NCBI GenBank assembly: GCA_033442325.1 | Contig: JAWQFM010000003.1 | Coordinates: forward strand, 1,718,226 to 1,782,225 | Length of the DNA stretch: 64,000 nucleotides | Reading direction: 5' to 3' | Source of the DNA: Salpingoeca rosetta | Taxonomy: Eukaryota; Protista; Choanoflagellata | Shown here: piece after piece, positions 32,087 to 59,147 of the stretch | Layout of the letters: each line of letters begins with the position of its first letter | How positions within the stretch are numbered: the stretch's first letter is position 1 | The notes under the pieces: model-generated | Database searches by the model: none | What the model saw: the letters and a program-made list of their open reading frames with translations, nothing else | Told to the model about the DNA's origin: nothing | Position numbers and translations under genes: made by a program

Positions 32087-33628
32087 TCTCTCTCTCTCTC
32101 TCACCCTGCACCACCTCACCCCCCCCTCCTAAATCTGCCTTGCATGACGAACCGAGCGCCGTGTGGCGGCGGGATGTGGGACCACGACGCGCCCTTGTTG
32201 AATGTGATGACCGTCTCCATCCGGTCGTTCTTCAGCCACGTCGCAAGATACGTGCCGGGCTGGCTCGCTACCTTGTGCACGTCAGCAACCTGCACACGGT
32301 GTGGGGCGGCGGTGGATGGGTTTGGGTGAGAAGTGGGAAGCAAGCGTTGCATCGTCGTGGTATAGTGGTGCGAACAGGAGCTGAGGCTGAACTTGGTGTG
32401 ATGAGTGAGGAAGTGAATGTGAAACAGTGTGGCACATCACATGTGCGCGTGCTCTTGGCAACAGACCTCGGTGCCTGTGCTGGAGAAGTAAGGGAGGTAG
32501 GCTACATCTTGCAGGGAGAGAGTAAAGTCAATACCACTCGCGTCCTGGCATCAACACACGAGCAACAGAATGAGGTTGTGGTGATTGATTGTGGTGACTG
32601 TTTGCTGTGATTGCTGTTGGAAGTTAGGGCAGGAAGGGCTGTTAAAGCCTCCCCCCCCCTCCGGGGGAGAAATGACCGTCGCGCAACGTGCAACCGCATC
32701 ATCCATCAAGCACTTTGGGCAACATCCACAACGATCGGATCGTACGGAGACAAAGAGGTTGCTCGTTTGCATAATCTCTTGCTCCTGGATGTTGTCTTCG
32801 ATCAGCGAAGCGATAATGTCAACCCCGTTCTTGTCTGTCATGGAAACGCAAGGCACGCGCACACAGTGTGAGCAGGAAGTGGGGCAGCAGGGGGCACAGC
32901 TGAGCTGTTAACCATTCCTGGTGCGTATGCGTGCACCCGCAACGGTCAATCGCATCCACTGCACTCAAAAGGCAAGTGGCCTCGACGACGACGACGACGA
33001 TGACAACAACTAGCAGATACAGCAAACACACACACACAGAACACAACACACACAACACACACACACACACACAACACACGCACACTCGCCATTCCAGTAA
33101 TCAGGCAAGTCGTCCATACCGAATGTGTCTTCGAGCGTGGCGCCTGTCGACTTCTGCACCATGAACGCGGGGATGTCCAACTCAAGACCCTCCTCTCCCG
33201 CCATCCGGAAGTCGAGTGTGTCTGCATCGTTCACAATCACAATCCCGATCGCGCCAGCTGCTTGCGCATTCAGCGTCTGCACACGGATGTGTGTCGGTTT
33301 ATGAGTGTGCGGGGTGGTGCGTGAGTGAGTGAGTGAGTGAGTGAGTGAGTGAGTGAGTGAGTGAGTGAGTGAGTGAGTGAGTGAGTGAGTGAGTGAGTGA
33401 GTGAGTGAGTGAGTGAGTGAGTGAGTGAGTGTGCAGGCTGGTGGGTGAGTAGATGAGTGAAGCAACCTCAAGGAGTGCATGCACATGTGCCCCAGACCGC
33501 CCTTTCATCCCAGCACCACGCGATGGGCAAGCACGTCGCACCTTCTCTGTGAATTTGCACTCGCCGCGCTGCACAACAGCAATGCGGCCCTTGGCTTCAG
33601 GACTCACGCCTCCACGGTCAGAGCACCC

Positions 33629-33680
<52 letters not shown>

Positions 33681-33954
33681 GAAGAAGAAGATGATGATGA
33701 AGAAGAAGAAGAAGAAGATGATGATGATGATGGTCAGGGAATGGCGAAGCGCCGTTTTAAGCAAGACATTGCACGCTGCAAACCCGCAAGAAGCATGCTG
33801 TACCAAGTGGGTTCTGCTTCTCAATGAAGAGGGTGCCTGACAGCACGTTGCCGGTGAGTGCTGGGGTGAACAGCCCCTTTGTTGCGCTGAAATTCCCCGC
33901 AATCTCTGGCGGCGAGTCAACTCGGAACACAAACGTGTCGCCTGATAACGCGCG

Positions 33955-34025
<71 letters not shown>

Positions 34026-35384
34026 CAAAAGCGATGCAAAGCCATCGGCAATGAGCAGAACCGCACGTTCCACTGCTCCAACAGGAGGAACCACCACAGC
34101 GCAGCGCAGCACATCACACCTTCAGTGCGGGTGAGGGTGTGCTGGACGAGCGCAAAGACAACGCCCTCCGTCGCATCGACAATCTTGAAGTGGTTGTGCC
34201 GCGCATCAAAGGGGAACACAGCGGCCGTGAATGTGTCGCCGTTGTCCTTGGACACAAACAGCCGGCGCTCGTCAAACCCATCGCTCGACGGGACCTCCGT
34301 GGCGAACAGGAACTCGGCAGCCTGGCAGCATTGGGTGGCAATGGGAGATGAAGGGGGGGGTGTGGAAAGGAGGAGGGGTTGGTCAGTGCAGGGAAGGAAT
34401 GACAAGGCAAAGCACGGCGTGGTCTGGTGGGAAGACCGCGACTGCTGTCTTGATCGCAATTTACGCACACAGATGGAACAGACACCGGTACAGCCACGCA
34501 CAGGCGGAGATACGCACGAATACACACAGACACAGACACACAGACACACAGACACACACAGACACAGACACACACAGACGCATAGGCAGACACTCACACA
34601 CCTGTTCAAAGTCGTAGCAGTTCTTCCTGAGCATGGATGTCTTTGCATCCCGCGTGCCCGGACGGTGCATGCGGACGAGGTCGAGTGGAACCACCTCGCC
34701 CGGCTCGGCACGATACACCGTCATCAGCACATCATCGTCGTTCTGGTGCACACACACACATGGGGTTGGCATGGCAGGGAATTGGATGGGAAGGGGAGGG
34801 AACACGGGTGTTGAAGGGACAGCAAATGTGACACGGACATGAGTGAGCAGAAGAAGAAACGAAAGAGGAGAGAATGGCGGAAAACGGCAGCAACAAGAAG
34901 AACAAGAAGAGTGAGAAGAGAAGAAAAACGAGAAGAACAAGAGCAACAACACGCACAAGAGCAAGACCAACAACAGCAAGAAGAAGAAGAACAACAACAA
35001 CAACAGCAGCAGCAGCATGCATGCATTCATTCCTCATCAATCAACAACAGCTCACCCCCGCTGCATTTTCCTGTGCCCAGTCGGCATAGAAGACGTGCTC
35101 GCTGATGCGCAGCAGCTGCGCCTGCTCGCTGCCGTATTCAGACAGGTGGTACAGGTCGTCCACCTCGTAGTCCGAGTGGTCCTGTGTAGGCATGCGCAGG
35201 CGTGAGCGGCATGCGACGGAAGGAAACGCAGTCAAAGGGCAGGCAGGCCGCCGGATAGACAGGCAGACAGAATTCAGGAAGACACAAAACGAGAGACACA
35301 AACGCGGGCACGCACACGTGCACATAGACACGGACACACACGCAAAACGACACGCAGGGCACACATATGTGCGCGCGCGCGCAC

Positions 35385-35437
<53 letters not shown>

Positions 35438-35881
35438 GCTCCTGCTCGCCTCTCTCCTCAACTGACGTCATCTGGGACGAATCCGAGCATCTCGTGTGCG
35501 TTTGTCGGGTTTGGCAAGATGCGGTGCATGTGCATGTCAAGCGGTTTAAACGTGAACGTGCGCCCGTTATCCGTGGACAGGTAGAAGCCAGCGGACTTGC
35601 GGTAGTCGTCTTTGGAGAAGTACTGCGACTCGCTCGGCGACGGCAACGCATACACCTGATGCAGCATCGAACGCATGCACGTGTGGATTTATCAGTGGGT
35701 TGGATGTGTCAGTGGATGACACGTGAGTGTGCGCACATAACAGCAGCCAGGCGAAGAAGAGCATGAACCCGCCAGTGAAGCATGGACGTGTGTGTGTGTG
35801 TGCGTGTGTGTGTGTGCGTGTGTGTGCGTGTGTGTGGGATGTGCGTGCGATGTGTGTGTGCGTGTGTGGGATGTGCGTGCG

Positions 35882-35958
<77 letters not shown>

Positions 35959-36994
35959 GTGTGTGCGTGTACAGATGCACGTGCGCGGGGTGTGTGCGAC
36001 CAACCCAGATTGCGTCAAGGGTCTCGACGCGGTGGAGCTCGACGACGGGCCACTTGATGCCCGGGCAGAGGGTGTAGTTGCGGCCATAGTCGCTGCTACA
36101 GTACACGTTCGGCTCCTGCCGCTGCAACTCACGCGTCACCAGCGCCACAATCTCCTAAACACGCATGCAGAAACAGTGAACAAGCAGCGGGACGCATGTT
36201 AGCAGTGAGAATTCAAGCTGGAAAGCAAGTTGGCAAGCAAGTTAGCAAGCAAGCTAGGCAAAACAACACACACCCAGATACCCTGCATCGCAACTGCGGT
36301 CGAAGACTTACGCCGCGGGGTTGGCCGACCCACAGGAAGGAAATCTCGGTTGCGTCGCTGGGGAAGCTGTGCGTTGCCACGCTGATCTTGCTGGCATCCA
36401 ACGCCACGTCGTCGGACTTTGACCCGCACCGGTCATCGCTGGCAGCGGCACGGCGCTGACGGCGTTGTGGTTGCTCGTTTTGCGCAGAGCGCTGCTGTGC
36501 ACCCGTGGGCACGCTGGCAGTGCGGCGCGCATCGATAGCGGTGTCGCCCGTGAGCAGATTGCGTTTGTGGGAGAACAGGCTGGCGTGGACATCGTCAGAT
36601 GTGACTCCTTGTGGCTTGTCCGCAAGGGAGGTCACCTGGTCGTACACTGGCTCGTGACGGCTGCAAGCGGCCAACATACGCAAGTGCATGGTGTGCATGT
36701 GAGTGTGTATATGTGTATGTGTGCGGGTATGTGTGCATGTGAGTGTATTTCATAAGGACTCGTGCATGGCCATGAAGTCGTATGACACACAACAACATCC
36801 CACACTGGCGGGGATTCGCATCACGCATGTAGAGGAGTGGTTGACGACGACAACGTTGCTGCTCACCGTTTCAAGGAAGCAAGGCGTTGATGTGAGGAAG
36901 TTGTGGGTGCAGTTGCAGCTGCGAATCCACACGACACAGCCAAAAGCACTGCTGCCAGGACAACTGCAGCAACGCTGCGCGGACTGTTGCTCAT
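28646..36994 (-). CDS. Vps10p/sortilin-family sorting receptor with an inserted PA domain, about 20 exons
   Basis: Signal [25 protein letters not shown]; propeptide ending RRQRR|AAA; Asp-box repeats ([40 protein letters not shown]); [11 protein letters not shown]; 10CC module ([28 protein letters not shown]); [22 protein letters not shown]; tail FSQL...DSDDEMLI. Confidence 0.92.
33321..33430. repeat. (TGAG)n microsatellite in a Vps10 intron
   Basis: Read directly from the sequence. Confidence 0.95.
33630..33732. repeat. (GAT)n/(GAA)n compound tract in a Vps10 intron
   Basis: Read directly; it abuts the acceptor of a PA-domain exon. Confidence 0.9.
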
Positions 36995-37601
36995 TTTTTT
37001 TATTCACTGCCTGGTCGTCCTGCACAAGCGAAAAAGGGAAGAGAGCAGGTCCACGTATGTGTTCGTTCGCGCATGCATCGAAACACAAGAGTTGAGTGGA
37101 ATTCCAAGGTCGTTCCGTCATCCGCTCATTCATTCATGCATCCAAGCAAGCCAAGCAAGCCAAGGCACAGCACACAACCAACGCATCGTCGCGCTCTCCA
37201 TCAGCAGCACACCACAACTTCAACTTGCCACTCACCAACTTTCCAGCGTCAGCAGTTGCTGTCGTTTTTGTGGAGGACAGGGCAACGTCAAATTTGCCTT
37301 TCTGCCAACGTCAAAGTTGCCATTCCACAACTGCCACCACTGCCAAAGCAAACAAACAACAACAGAGGATGCGAGGTGGGTTGGTGCCTGCGTCCACATG
37401 CGTGCTCGTGTGCGTGGATGGGAACAAGAGGGCGGCGTGGAGATTGGGAAGGAAGGAGGAGGCGAGAGGGAGATAAGGAGACCATGTGTGTGTGTGAGGG
37501 AGAGCTGGATACATAAGGTTGTCAGCAACACGGAAAAGGAGAGCAGTGTGCGTGTGTGTGGATGCGTGTGTGTGCGTGTGTGGTCTTGTCCAAGATCTGT
37601 C

Positions 37602-42578
<4,977 letters not shown>

Positions 42579-42845
42579 CCAGCGCACGCACACCATACAC
42601 GAATAGACTTTGACACATAGTCACACACGCCCACGCTCGCATGCACGCAATGTGCATGGCTTTGAAGCTGCTGGTGGTTCGTTTACAGTTGAGACTGCAC
42701 CATGTCTGCACCCACTTGTTCGATGAGATTGATGTGAAGCGCAAGTCCCCACCCAACGATTAAAAGGCAAAACGCACAGACACACAGACACACAGACACA
42801 CACACACACACACACACACACAACAACAACAACAACAACAATGAT

Positions 42846-47194
<4,349 letters not shown>

Positions 47195-47344
47195 TTTCCG
47201 CCAACAACAAGCTTGTTCTCTTCTTCCGCTTTTTGCCGAAATGTCCTTGAAATCATTCACAGATTCTCCCAACTTCGCTCCACTCCTTGCTTTCTCTTTC
47301 GCTGCGTTGTGTTGTGCGTCGTGGTGTCTGCTCCTTTTGACAAG

Positions 47345-49335
47345 ATGATGCGTAGTCGAACTGCGGAGTTCAAGGCCTCGAGGAAGCGGCGAAAGGAGAC
47401 ATGTGACATTAACGAGCACAGGCTTCTTCAGCGACTGGAGAAGGTGGTGTGATGTAACTTTGTTTCGTTGCATGTTTGTGAATGTGTGTTGTGTGTTTGC
47501 GTGTTTGTTTGTGAAATCACAACATGCTCACGCCTGTGCGCTCCACGCTGTGTGCATCGTGACAGCTGCTGTTCAAAGGCCCATCAAACCAGCAATCGTC
47601 TCAGCGGAAAGGTTCCTTGATTGGGTTGTTCATGCGCTTGCTCCCCTTTGGGTGTGTTTTGAGAGAGCTGCAACACAGGCGGAAGCAAGTTGGCTGACTC
47701 ATTGGGCACCCAACTGCAATGTCTGCTGCAGAGTATGAGAAATCGGTGGTGCCATGGGTGGATGGCAACATGGTGCCGCGGTGTCCGGAGTGTGCAGTGC
47801 GATTCTCGCTCGCCCGCCGACGCCATCACTGCAGGCTGTGCGGGGCAGTCATCTGTAATGACTGCAGCCTTGGTCTTGACGTGGGTGCAGCAGGTAAGCA
47901 GCCATGCGACCTTGGTTGAAACGGGTGGGGTGCCAAGAAGTGTGCTCGCCCAGGGTTCCTCATGCTGGCGCACCCACGCGCGTGTGTGTGACAGCATGTA
48001 TCAGCACTCACCATCATAACAATCATTCCCATTTGCGCTCATACCCACTCCATTCCTTATGCATGCGCATTTCTCTTATCGCTTGCGATTACTTTCTCCT
48101 TATCCTCTTGGTGTCCTGACCTCTTCCATCATCAGTGAGCTTGACGGTGAGTCCACGCCTCGCTGATGCGCGCAAGACACCGAAAGAAGCGGAGGCAGAG
48201 CGGCAGCGGCGAATTGCACAGAAGAAACGAAAGTTGGCGCTCGAGGAGACATCCTGTATCCGCATCTGCCCCTTTTGCCAGACGTCCTTGCATAGGTGTG
48301 TGTATGTAGATGTGTGTATGTATATGCGTGTGTGTATGTGTGTGTATGTGTGTGTGCGTGCGATAGGTGCTTGCTTCATTACTTGTGTGTTCTTTTTTTT
48401 TTTGTTTGCTTGCTGGGTTGACTGAATTGTTTCTCTGCGTGCGTCTTTGTGTGTCCTGATGCGAGCGCTCTCTTTGCATATCACCATGGAAACGAATTCG
48501 TTTCCGTGTCTTCCCTGATCACGATTCAACGTGCAGGTCACAGCTGCGGCAGGTGCGGGAAGCAACAGACAAGCAAGTCTCCTCAATCGTCCCTCTCTAC
48601 GAGGTGCGCTTCCTTTATTCACACACACACACATGTTCACTGTCGTGCGTGCGGCTGATCTTGTTTGCTCCACTGGTGGTGAGGGTTGTGGCGTGATCTC
48701 AATCGCCGCTGCCCTCCTGTGCACCCACATGTGTGTGCATGAATTTGTGCGTGTGTATGTATGCATATGTGTGTGTGCATGAATTTGTGCGTGTGTATGT
48801 GTGTGCGTGTTGTCTGCAGGAGATGAAGCGGGCGCAAGCGGCAATCCAGCGGCAGCTGCCCGACTACAACTCTTTTGTGCACCGCATCGTGTGAGTAACA
48901 CGAGACAAGCAGAGACAAAGCGACAGAGAGAGAGATAGACAGAGAGGGAGATAGACAGAGAGACAGACAGACAGAGAGAGAGAGACAGACAGAGAGACAG
49001 ACAGACAGAGAGAGAGAGACAGACAGACAGACAGAGAAGTCATGTGATAGGGCAGAGGGGCTGCTTGTCATTTGGAGTCAATGTACAAGGATGTTGCACT
49101 TCACCTGCGTGGACGTGCCACCCCTGTGCAGCCATCATGGTATCTGATGCCATCATGCGTGCATGTGCGTGTGTGCATGTGCGTTTGCGTGATGGGGGCA
49201 ACTTGACAGGTCGAGCGGGTCTGTTGGTCTCCATTCGGATGCAAGACGAATGCGCGACGACATCCTCCGCCACTTTGAAACACTCAGGAAGATCAGGTGC
49301 AGCAACTTGTTGGATATGTGTGTGTGTGTGTGTCT

Positions 49336-49372
<37 letters not shown>

Positions 49373-49943
49373 TGTCTGTCAGCATTCCAAATCAACAGTC
49401 ATAGGAGCTAACATTGGTGCCTCCGTTGCGTGTGCAGCAAAGCCGCTGCTGGGGGTGGCGGTCTGGATGTGAGCGAACGCCCGTCGAGCAAGAAGGTGCT
49501 GCTCCATACGCTGGTGCTGCTGTGCATGGGCTCTTTCATGAAGCAGGCACACAAGCGCCTCATCACGTGGCCAACATCTACATCTACATCCACACACACA
49601 CACACACATGTTTACGCGTGCACACATCTGACGGCTGCTGAACATGCGCGTGGTTGTTGCAGGTGCTTGCAAGCATGCAGGCTGCGATTCGGGAGTTTCT
49701 GCAGTTGTACACGGTGGCCATGACGAAATTGCCGGACGAGGAGGAGCTTGCCGCCATGTAAGACGATAAGCATGAGCGTATCATCCCAACTACACAGTGC
49801 AACCACACAAACACACACATAACCACGCACACACACACACAAACGCACATAAACACGCACCTACACACAGTCCTTGTGCATACACACTCACACCCTCTCC
49901 CTCGTATACATCGTGTGTGTGTGTGTGTGTGTGTGTGCGTGTG

Positions 49944-49987
<44 letters not shown>

Positions 49988-50440
49988 CAGAGCGGAGGAG
50001 AAGCGGCAGGATGCAGAGGAGCGACGACGCGCGCAGAGAGAGGACGAGGACAGACAGCGGAGGCAGCGACAGATACTCATGCAGCAGCAACACCAACAGC
50101 AACAGGCACAAGCGCACGAACAGCAGCAGCAGGAACACCAAGCACACCAGCAGGAGCAGCAGCATGGTGATGGTGCAGCATCCACATCAGCGGTGTTGGA
50201 GTCGGGTGGCAGTCGATTTTCGCTACTTCGGCGCATGCGCGGGACGGCAAAGCCCACCACACCGTCTGCGTCTGCGTCAGTATCAGCACAGCAGACCACG
50301 CACGGTGCAGGCCACCCAGGGTCCTCATCATCGCCATCGTCGTCGTCGTCATCATCACACGCGCGGGCGCGACAGCCGTCCGTCACCACGCCAGAGTACG
50401 CCTTGCTGCTGCTGCTGTTGTTGTTCTGTGTGTGGTGTGT

Positions 50441-50523
<83 letters not shown>

Positions 50524-50961
50524 CGTTGCGTGTTTATAGAGTATCACTCTTTGTGCAACCACATTTAACCTCCCCCTCCACCAACATAATATTTGCAGAC
50601 GAACTGTCCCCGACGACTTTGAGGATATTGTGGAGGCGGAAAAGCGCTCACTCCTCGTGTATCTCCGCGAAGCGCAGAAGGTGTTCGCACACACATATGT
50701 GCTTGCGTGCGTGTTGTGCTTCGGTTTAATATTATGATTAGATACAGCAACAGGGTTTGTACAAAAGGGTGCTGTTTGAACAACACTTACCACCATCAGA
50801 ACGCATCACCATTGCCATCGTCGTCGTCGTCACAACCACCACCACCATCACCCCAATGCTGACAGGCCGGGCGGACGGACGAGGTTGCGATGCTCAAGGC
50901 ACAGCTGCAGCATCTCGAGGTCTTTCGCTCCGAATCCGCAATCGACACCGCAACGTCGTAG
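47345..50961 (+). CDS. RBSN: Rabenosyn-5/Vac1-like FYVE-domain Rab effector, multi-exon (start uncertain)
   Basis: RSRTAEFKASRK...RLLQRLEK/L; EYEKSVVPWVDGNMVPRCPECAVRFSLARRRHHCRLCGAVICNDCS; IRICPFC; C-terminal Rab-binding helix pair LLVYLREAQK/AGRTDEVAMLKAQL. Confidence 0.88.
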
Positions 50962-51059
50962 ATCACACGTGCATGCAAGCATGCGCACAATACACGCGCG
51001 CACGCAAGCACGGTGCACAACCAGGCTGCCTGTGGTTCGAGATGGTGTGTAGGGATGGT

Positions 51060-51411
51060 TCACTTTGCGCGGGCGACGTGTGTGTATTTGTACATTTTCA
51101 CGGCCGCGTCGGCGCCCGCAGAGACGAGCATCTCCCCATGCCAAATCTAAACGATGCGTGTATGTGTACAGACGTGCGCGTGTTTGAGTGTATGAGTGCG
51201 CATGTGTGAATGTTACGTGTGCATGTGTAAAGTGTTACGTGTTGTGATTCCCTTGTTACCGCACCCCAGGTCTCGTGCAAATGCACAATGCATGAATGAT
51301 GTCTGCCTGTTGGTGTCATTCTCCAACTAAACAACGACAGCAGCCACCTGAACTGACGCGCGCGTACACACACATGTCAATCACACACACACACTCACAC
51401 TCACACGCACT

Positions 51412-51455
<44 letters not shown>

Positions 51456-52907
51456 ATTACACCCCATGCCATCGCCTCGTGTGCCACCGCCACTGTTCGG
51501 TGCACTCACAAGCGCGTTGACGCTGCCTTCGTGCCTGCACAGCGCCTGTATCTCGAGGCCCTTGGCGAGATTCCAGATCTTGATGGTCTTGTCCCAGCTG
51601 GCACTCAGCAGGAACTGCTGATGCAGAACGCGGTGGTGCAACGCGTGAGCAGTTGTGGCGAGCAGGGCAAACGCAAGCCAAGGGGAAACGCAAGGGGCAC
51701 ACACACACACACACCACCACCACACCACACCCATCCACAGCACACAGTGTCACACAATACCACAAGTGCACACCCCACACAATACCACGCAGTGTCACAC
51801 ATCACATCACGGCACGACACGCACCTGACCGCCCGGAGAAGTGATCAGGGCTTCAACGGCGCCCACGTGACCAACGAGCTTGCCCTGATGGGTGCCTGTC
51901 TCCGTGTCGTAAATGTGGATGTTCTGTTGCCGTTGTGAAGGACGGGGCGATATGGTATTGGGAACGTCGTGAGTGGAACCAGAATGGGGCTGTAGATTGT
52001 GCAGGCAAGCAGACAGCCATCCACCTGCACATAAAACACAGCACCCTCTCATGCAAACCCAACACACAGCACACCTGGTTCTGGGTGCCGGTGATGAGAA
52101 GATTGTTTGAGATGGCGAGCGAGCGCACGCTGCCGTATTTTGTGCGAAACGACTGCACGCGCATCAGCGTTCCCAGCTGCCACACACACACCTCCGCGCC
52201 ACTCGCTGACATGTGTGTGTGTGTGCATGTGTGTGTGCATGCGTGTGTGTATGTGTGCATGTGTGTATGTATGTGTGTGTACGCATGTGTGTGTGCATGT
52301 GTGTGCGTGCATATGGAACGTGAGTGCGAAAGGAGCGTGACCATGCCGTCAACCACCACCGCAGCACCTCCGTGCCATCCTCCAAGGAGCACGTGCATAC
52401 ATGCGTGCACCTGAGTAGATGAGCTGCTGTTGCGGAACAACAACGAGTGCGCGGATCCAGTGGCCGAGCCCCTCCTGCGATTGCGGCACCGTCCCGTCCA
52501 TCGCCATCATCTGAACGCGTGGTGGTGGTTATAAGTTGGTTGGTGAGCGACGGGACTTGGCACGACAAGGTGTGAGAAGATCCAGGCACGGCGTTGTCTG
52601 AACGCATGTGTGTGTGTGCGTGTGTGTGTGTGTGTGTTGCATGAATGCATGCGGTTCCCACATGTCACATGATCCATGGGGCGCATGTGCCATGTACAGT
52701 CCCAGCAAACAATGTGGCGGCTGCCCCACCTGCAACGACCCAAATGATCCGATGTATGCGAGGTGGTCGTGTGCAGATGCGCACGAGATGATGGAGTCGG
52801 CCACTTGCTGCGTCTGCTCAAGCTCATATGTGCTCGTCGAAAACAGCAGAACCTGTTGGTGTTGGTGCCAATGTGTTTGCGTCGCGCGCGCGCGTGTGTG
52901 TGTGCAT

Positions 52908-52945
<38 letters not shown>

Positions 52946-52962
52946 GTGTGCGTGTGTGTGCG

Positions 52963-53008
<46 letters not shown>

Positions 53009-53442
53009 TGGGTGAGTGTGGGTGGGGTGTGGGGTGGGTGTGCACGAGCGTGTCACTATAGTCCTCCCAGTACTCGACAAACGTCATCGCCAAGCGCTGT
53101 GCTGCACCTCACCTTTCCAGTGGATGTGCCGCAGATGAGGTGCTCGTCACAGACACACAAGCAGTGGATCACACCTGTTACACACACACACACATGTATG
53201 AAAACATCTTAGCGCTAGTGTGCTGTTGCATGCGAGTTGTGTCAACGACACGAGAGGGTGCAAATGGAATGTGCAGTGCAGCTCACCTTCGCCCGGTCGA
53301 AGCGTGCGAACACACGAGAGCTTGGACATGTCCCACACCTGCCACACGCCCGTGCAATCAGAACCGTGAGCGTCACGAACGAGCAGGGAAAGCATGCAAA
53401 TGTAAATGCGCCACACACACATACACACATTCACATGTACAG

Positions 53443-53497
<55 letters not shown>

Positions 53498-54052
53498 GTG
53501 AACCTTGATAGCTTCGTCACTGCCGGCGGAAAAGAGCATATCGTTGAAGGAATGCAGTGCCCACACCGGCTCCGTGTGGCCCCTGCACGCACACACACAC
53601 GCACGCACACACGCACGCACAAGTGCACGCGTGATGGAGTGAATGGATTGGGCACAATCTAGCAAACGCACACACACACAGACACACACACACACAATCA
53701 CACAGACACACAGACACACACACAATCACACACACACACACACATAGACACACACTCACCGAAATGAGCCAATGCACCGGAAGCGAAACGGCATGACGAA
53801 TTCACGCAGTGATGACACACGTCGATCCTCAAGCTGCTGCTGATGTTGATGCTGCTGCTGCTGTTGATGTTGCTGTTGCTGGTGTTGCTGGTGTTTGTTT
53901 TTGTGTTCGTGTTGCCCCTGTTGTGACTGGTGCGCCTGCCTCTCCCTGTCTCTCCTCTGCTGCTCAGCCGCCCTCAAACCTTCGTCGATGCTCTGTTCAA
54001 CATCAAGGGCACCCAAACGAAATAACGAACCCACATGAGCTTGGTAGGGGGT

Positions 54053-54143
<91 letters not shown>

Positions 54144-54154
54144 CGTACAGGCAG

Positions 54155-54192
<38 letters not shown>

Positions 54193-55506
54193 GTGTGTGT
54201 GTGTGTGAGCGCGCAGGGACATGTTGGTTCTTGAGCGCACGTCACGGTTCATGTGCGCGTGACAAAGGACCCACTGTGTTGAGATGATCGAGACGCGTCC
54301 ACGCTGAAGAAAACTCCCGCCAAAGCTGCTGCTCAATATCGCGCAGGCGATGCACTGCACGGGACACAATGCTGGTGTGGTCGCTGCCACGAAACTCGCA
54401 CGTGTCAAGATGGTGTTGCACCTCAAAGAACGTGCCTTTGAACCGGCACCCGAGCACCTTTGTAGAGCACGGTTGATGGGTCGTGTGAGTGACGGTTGGA
54501 ACGGAGCAACAAGTGCAAGCGCACACTTGCACAAAGCAACGCTGTATCCACACACACTCACACACACACACACACGCACACACACAACCAGGCGCGCGCA
54601 CACTCACACACATTCTCTCTCTTTCTCTCTCACAATCAGGCTCGCACACATACAAACACACACAAACACACTGCATACGTTCATGGGGCAGGTGGCGAGA
54701 TGGCAGAGCTGCAGGTGCTCCATGAGCTGGCGACGCGGAATGGGGTGGCACGCGAGTGAGTTGAGACACCGCGCAGGCTTGTTAGGGCAGCGTCTCGCGT
54801 GCTCCGCAAACTGTCCGAGCTGCAGGTGAGCATCCTCGCCTTGCTGCGCTGCCTGGCAATGGCGACACACGACAGGTAGCATGGCCACTTGTTCCGCCAG
54901 TGCGGCGTTGGGCACAAAGATTTGAATGCGCTGCTGGTCGCTTGGGCACCTTTGCAGCACCGTGGCTGGTGCGCTTTGTTCACCCAGCCTCAGACCACCA
55001 TGCCCATCACCACGGCCACCACCTTCTTCTTCTTGTCCCACTTCTGTGTCCTCTTCGCCGTTGCTCTGGTTGCCGCGCAAACTCCCGCCGTCGCCGTCAT
55101 GGCGCATCGCTGCGCCACGCCACATGTCGGCAGTGGTGGCTTCCCCGTGCTCGGCATCGTCAGGGAAGAACTGGCCATCGCCGCCGCGCTGGCGACCACC
55201 TTGTCCATGTGCGCTGTGCGGATCTCCACGTACTCTGGGGACTTGCGCCGCTGCATCATCGCGCTCATTTGAGCCAACCCCAAACGCTGGGCTCGCACCC
55301 TCCTGCACGACCTCTGGCGTGCGCTCCACATTTGTGGCGCTGCGGAATTGCCCGTGTGTGCAGGAAGAACAAAAAGAGTGGCCACACGGGACCGCTGTCT
55401 GTGGATCAACCGCAATGCGGCCACAGGCGACACACCGGAAGCTCGTCGGCACCTTCACCGCCACCACCTCAAACTCCTCCACCTCACCGCTGGCAGCATC
55501 GTCCAT
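51060..55506 (-). CDS. TRAF7: TRAF7-like E3 ligase (RING, TRAF zinc fingers, coiled coil, WD40)
   Basis: CVAC...[10 protein letters not shown]...CPSD; [19 protein letters not shown]; [17 protein letters not shown]...[14 protein letters not shown]; LYSGSA-like LIYSG; GHVGAVEAL; [13 protein letters not shown]...RHEGSVNAL; last exon [14 protein letters not shown]...AK-stop. Confidence 0.88.
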
Positions 55507-55694
55507 CACGGCTGCTGTTGTTTGTTGTGCCTATTTGTGTGTCGACTGAATTCAGTTTCACTGTTGCGCTCTGCTGGATTCGCTGTAAGGTCAACAAGCA
55601 AGCAAGCAAGCAAGCAACAAGAAGCAGCCACAGATCCTTGCACTGCACCAGCACCACAACACAACAAGAAGCGCACCGCCAGCACCCTGCCAGG

Positions 55695-58936
<3,242 letters not shown>

Positions 58937-59147
58937 TTGAATCCCCAACCCGTACCCACAGACACCAGCACGCCCCATCGTCTCTTACCCCTTCAAGCAA
59001 CACACCTGTCCAGCTCTTGTCCAATGCTGTTCGCTTTCGTTCACTCGCCTGTTGCGTGATCTTCCTCCCCCAGCACAACAATCCACACCACCACCCGCAA
59101 TTCATACACACGGCGTGCGCACGTGTGCGTGTTATCGGTGCCTCTGC

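Noticed and set aside
33083-33090. Possible GC-AG intron donor (G|GCGAGT) in Vps10
   Set aside because: An in-phase canonical GTGCGT donor lies 6 nt further on; this cannot be decided without RNA-seq.
54900-55694. Long N-terminal extension of the SH3 ORF overlapping TRAF7
   Set aside because: Antisense shadow of TRAF7 exon 1; the plausible start is MSDEY at 55695.
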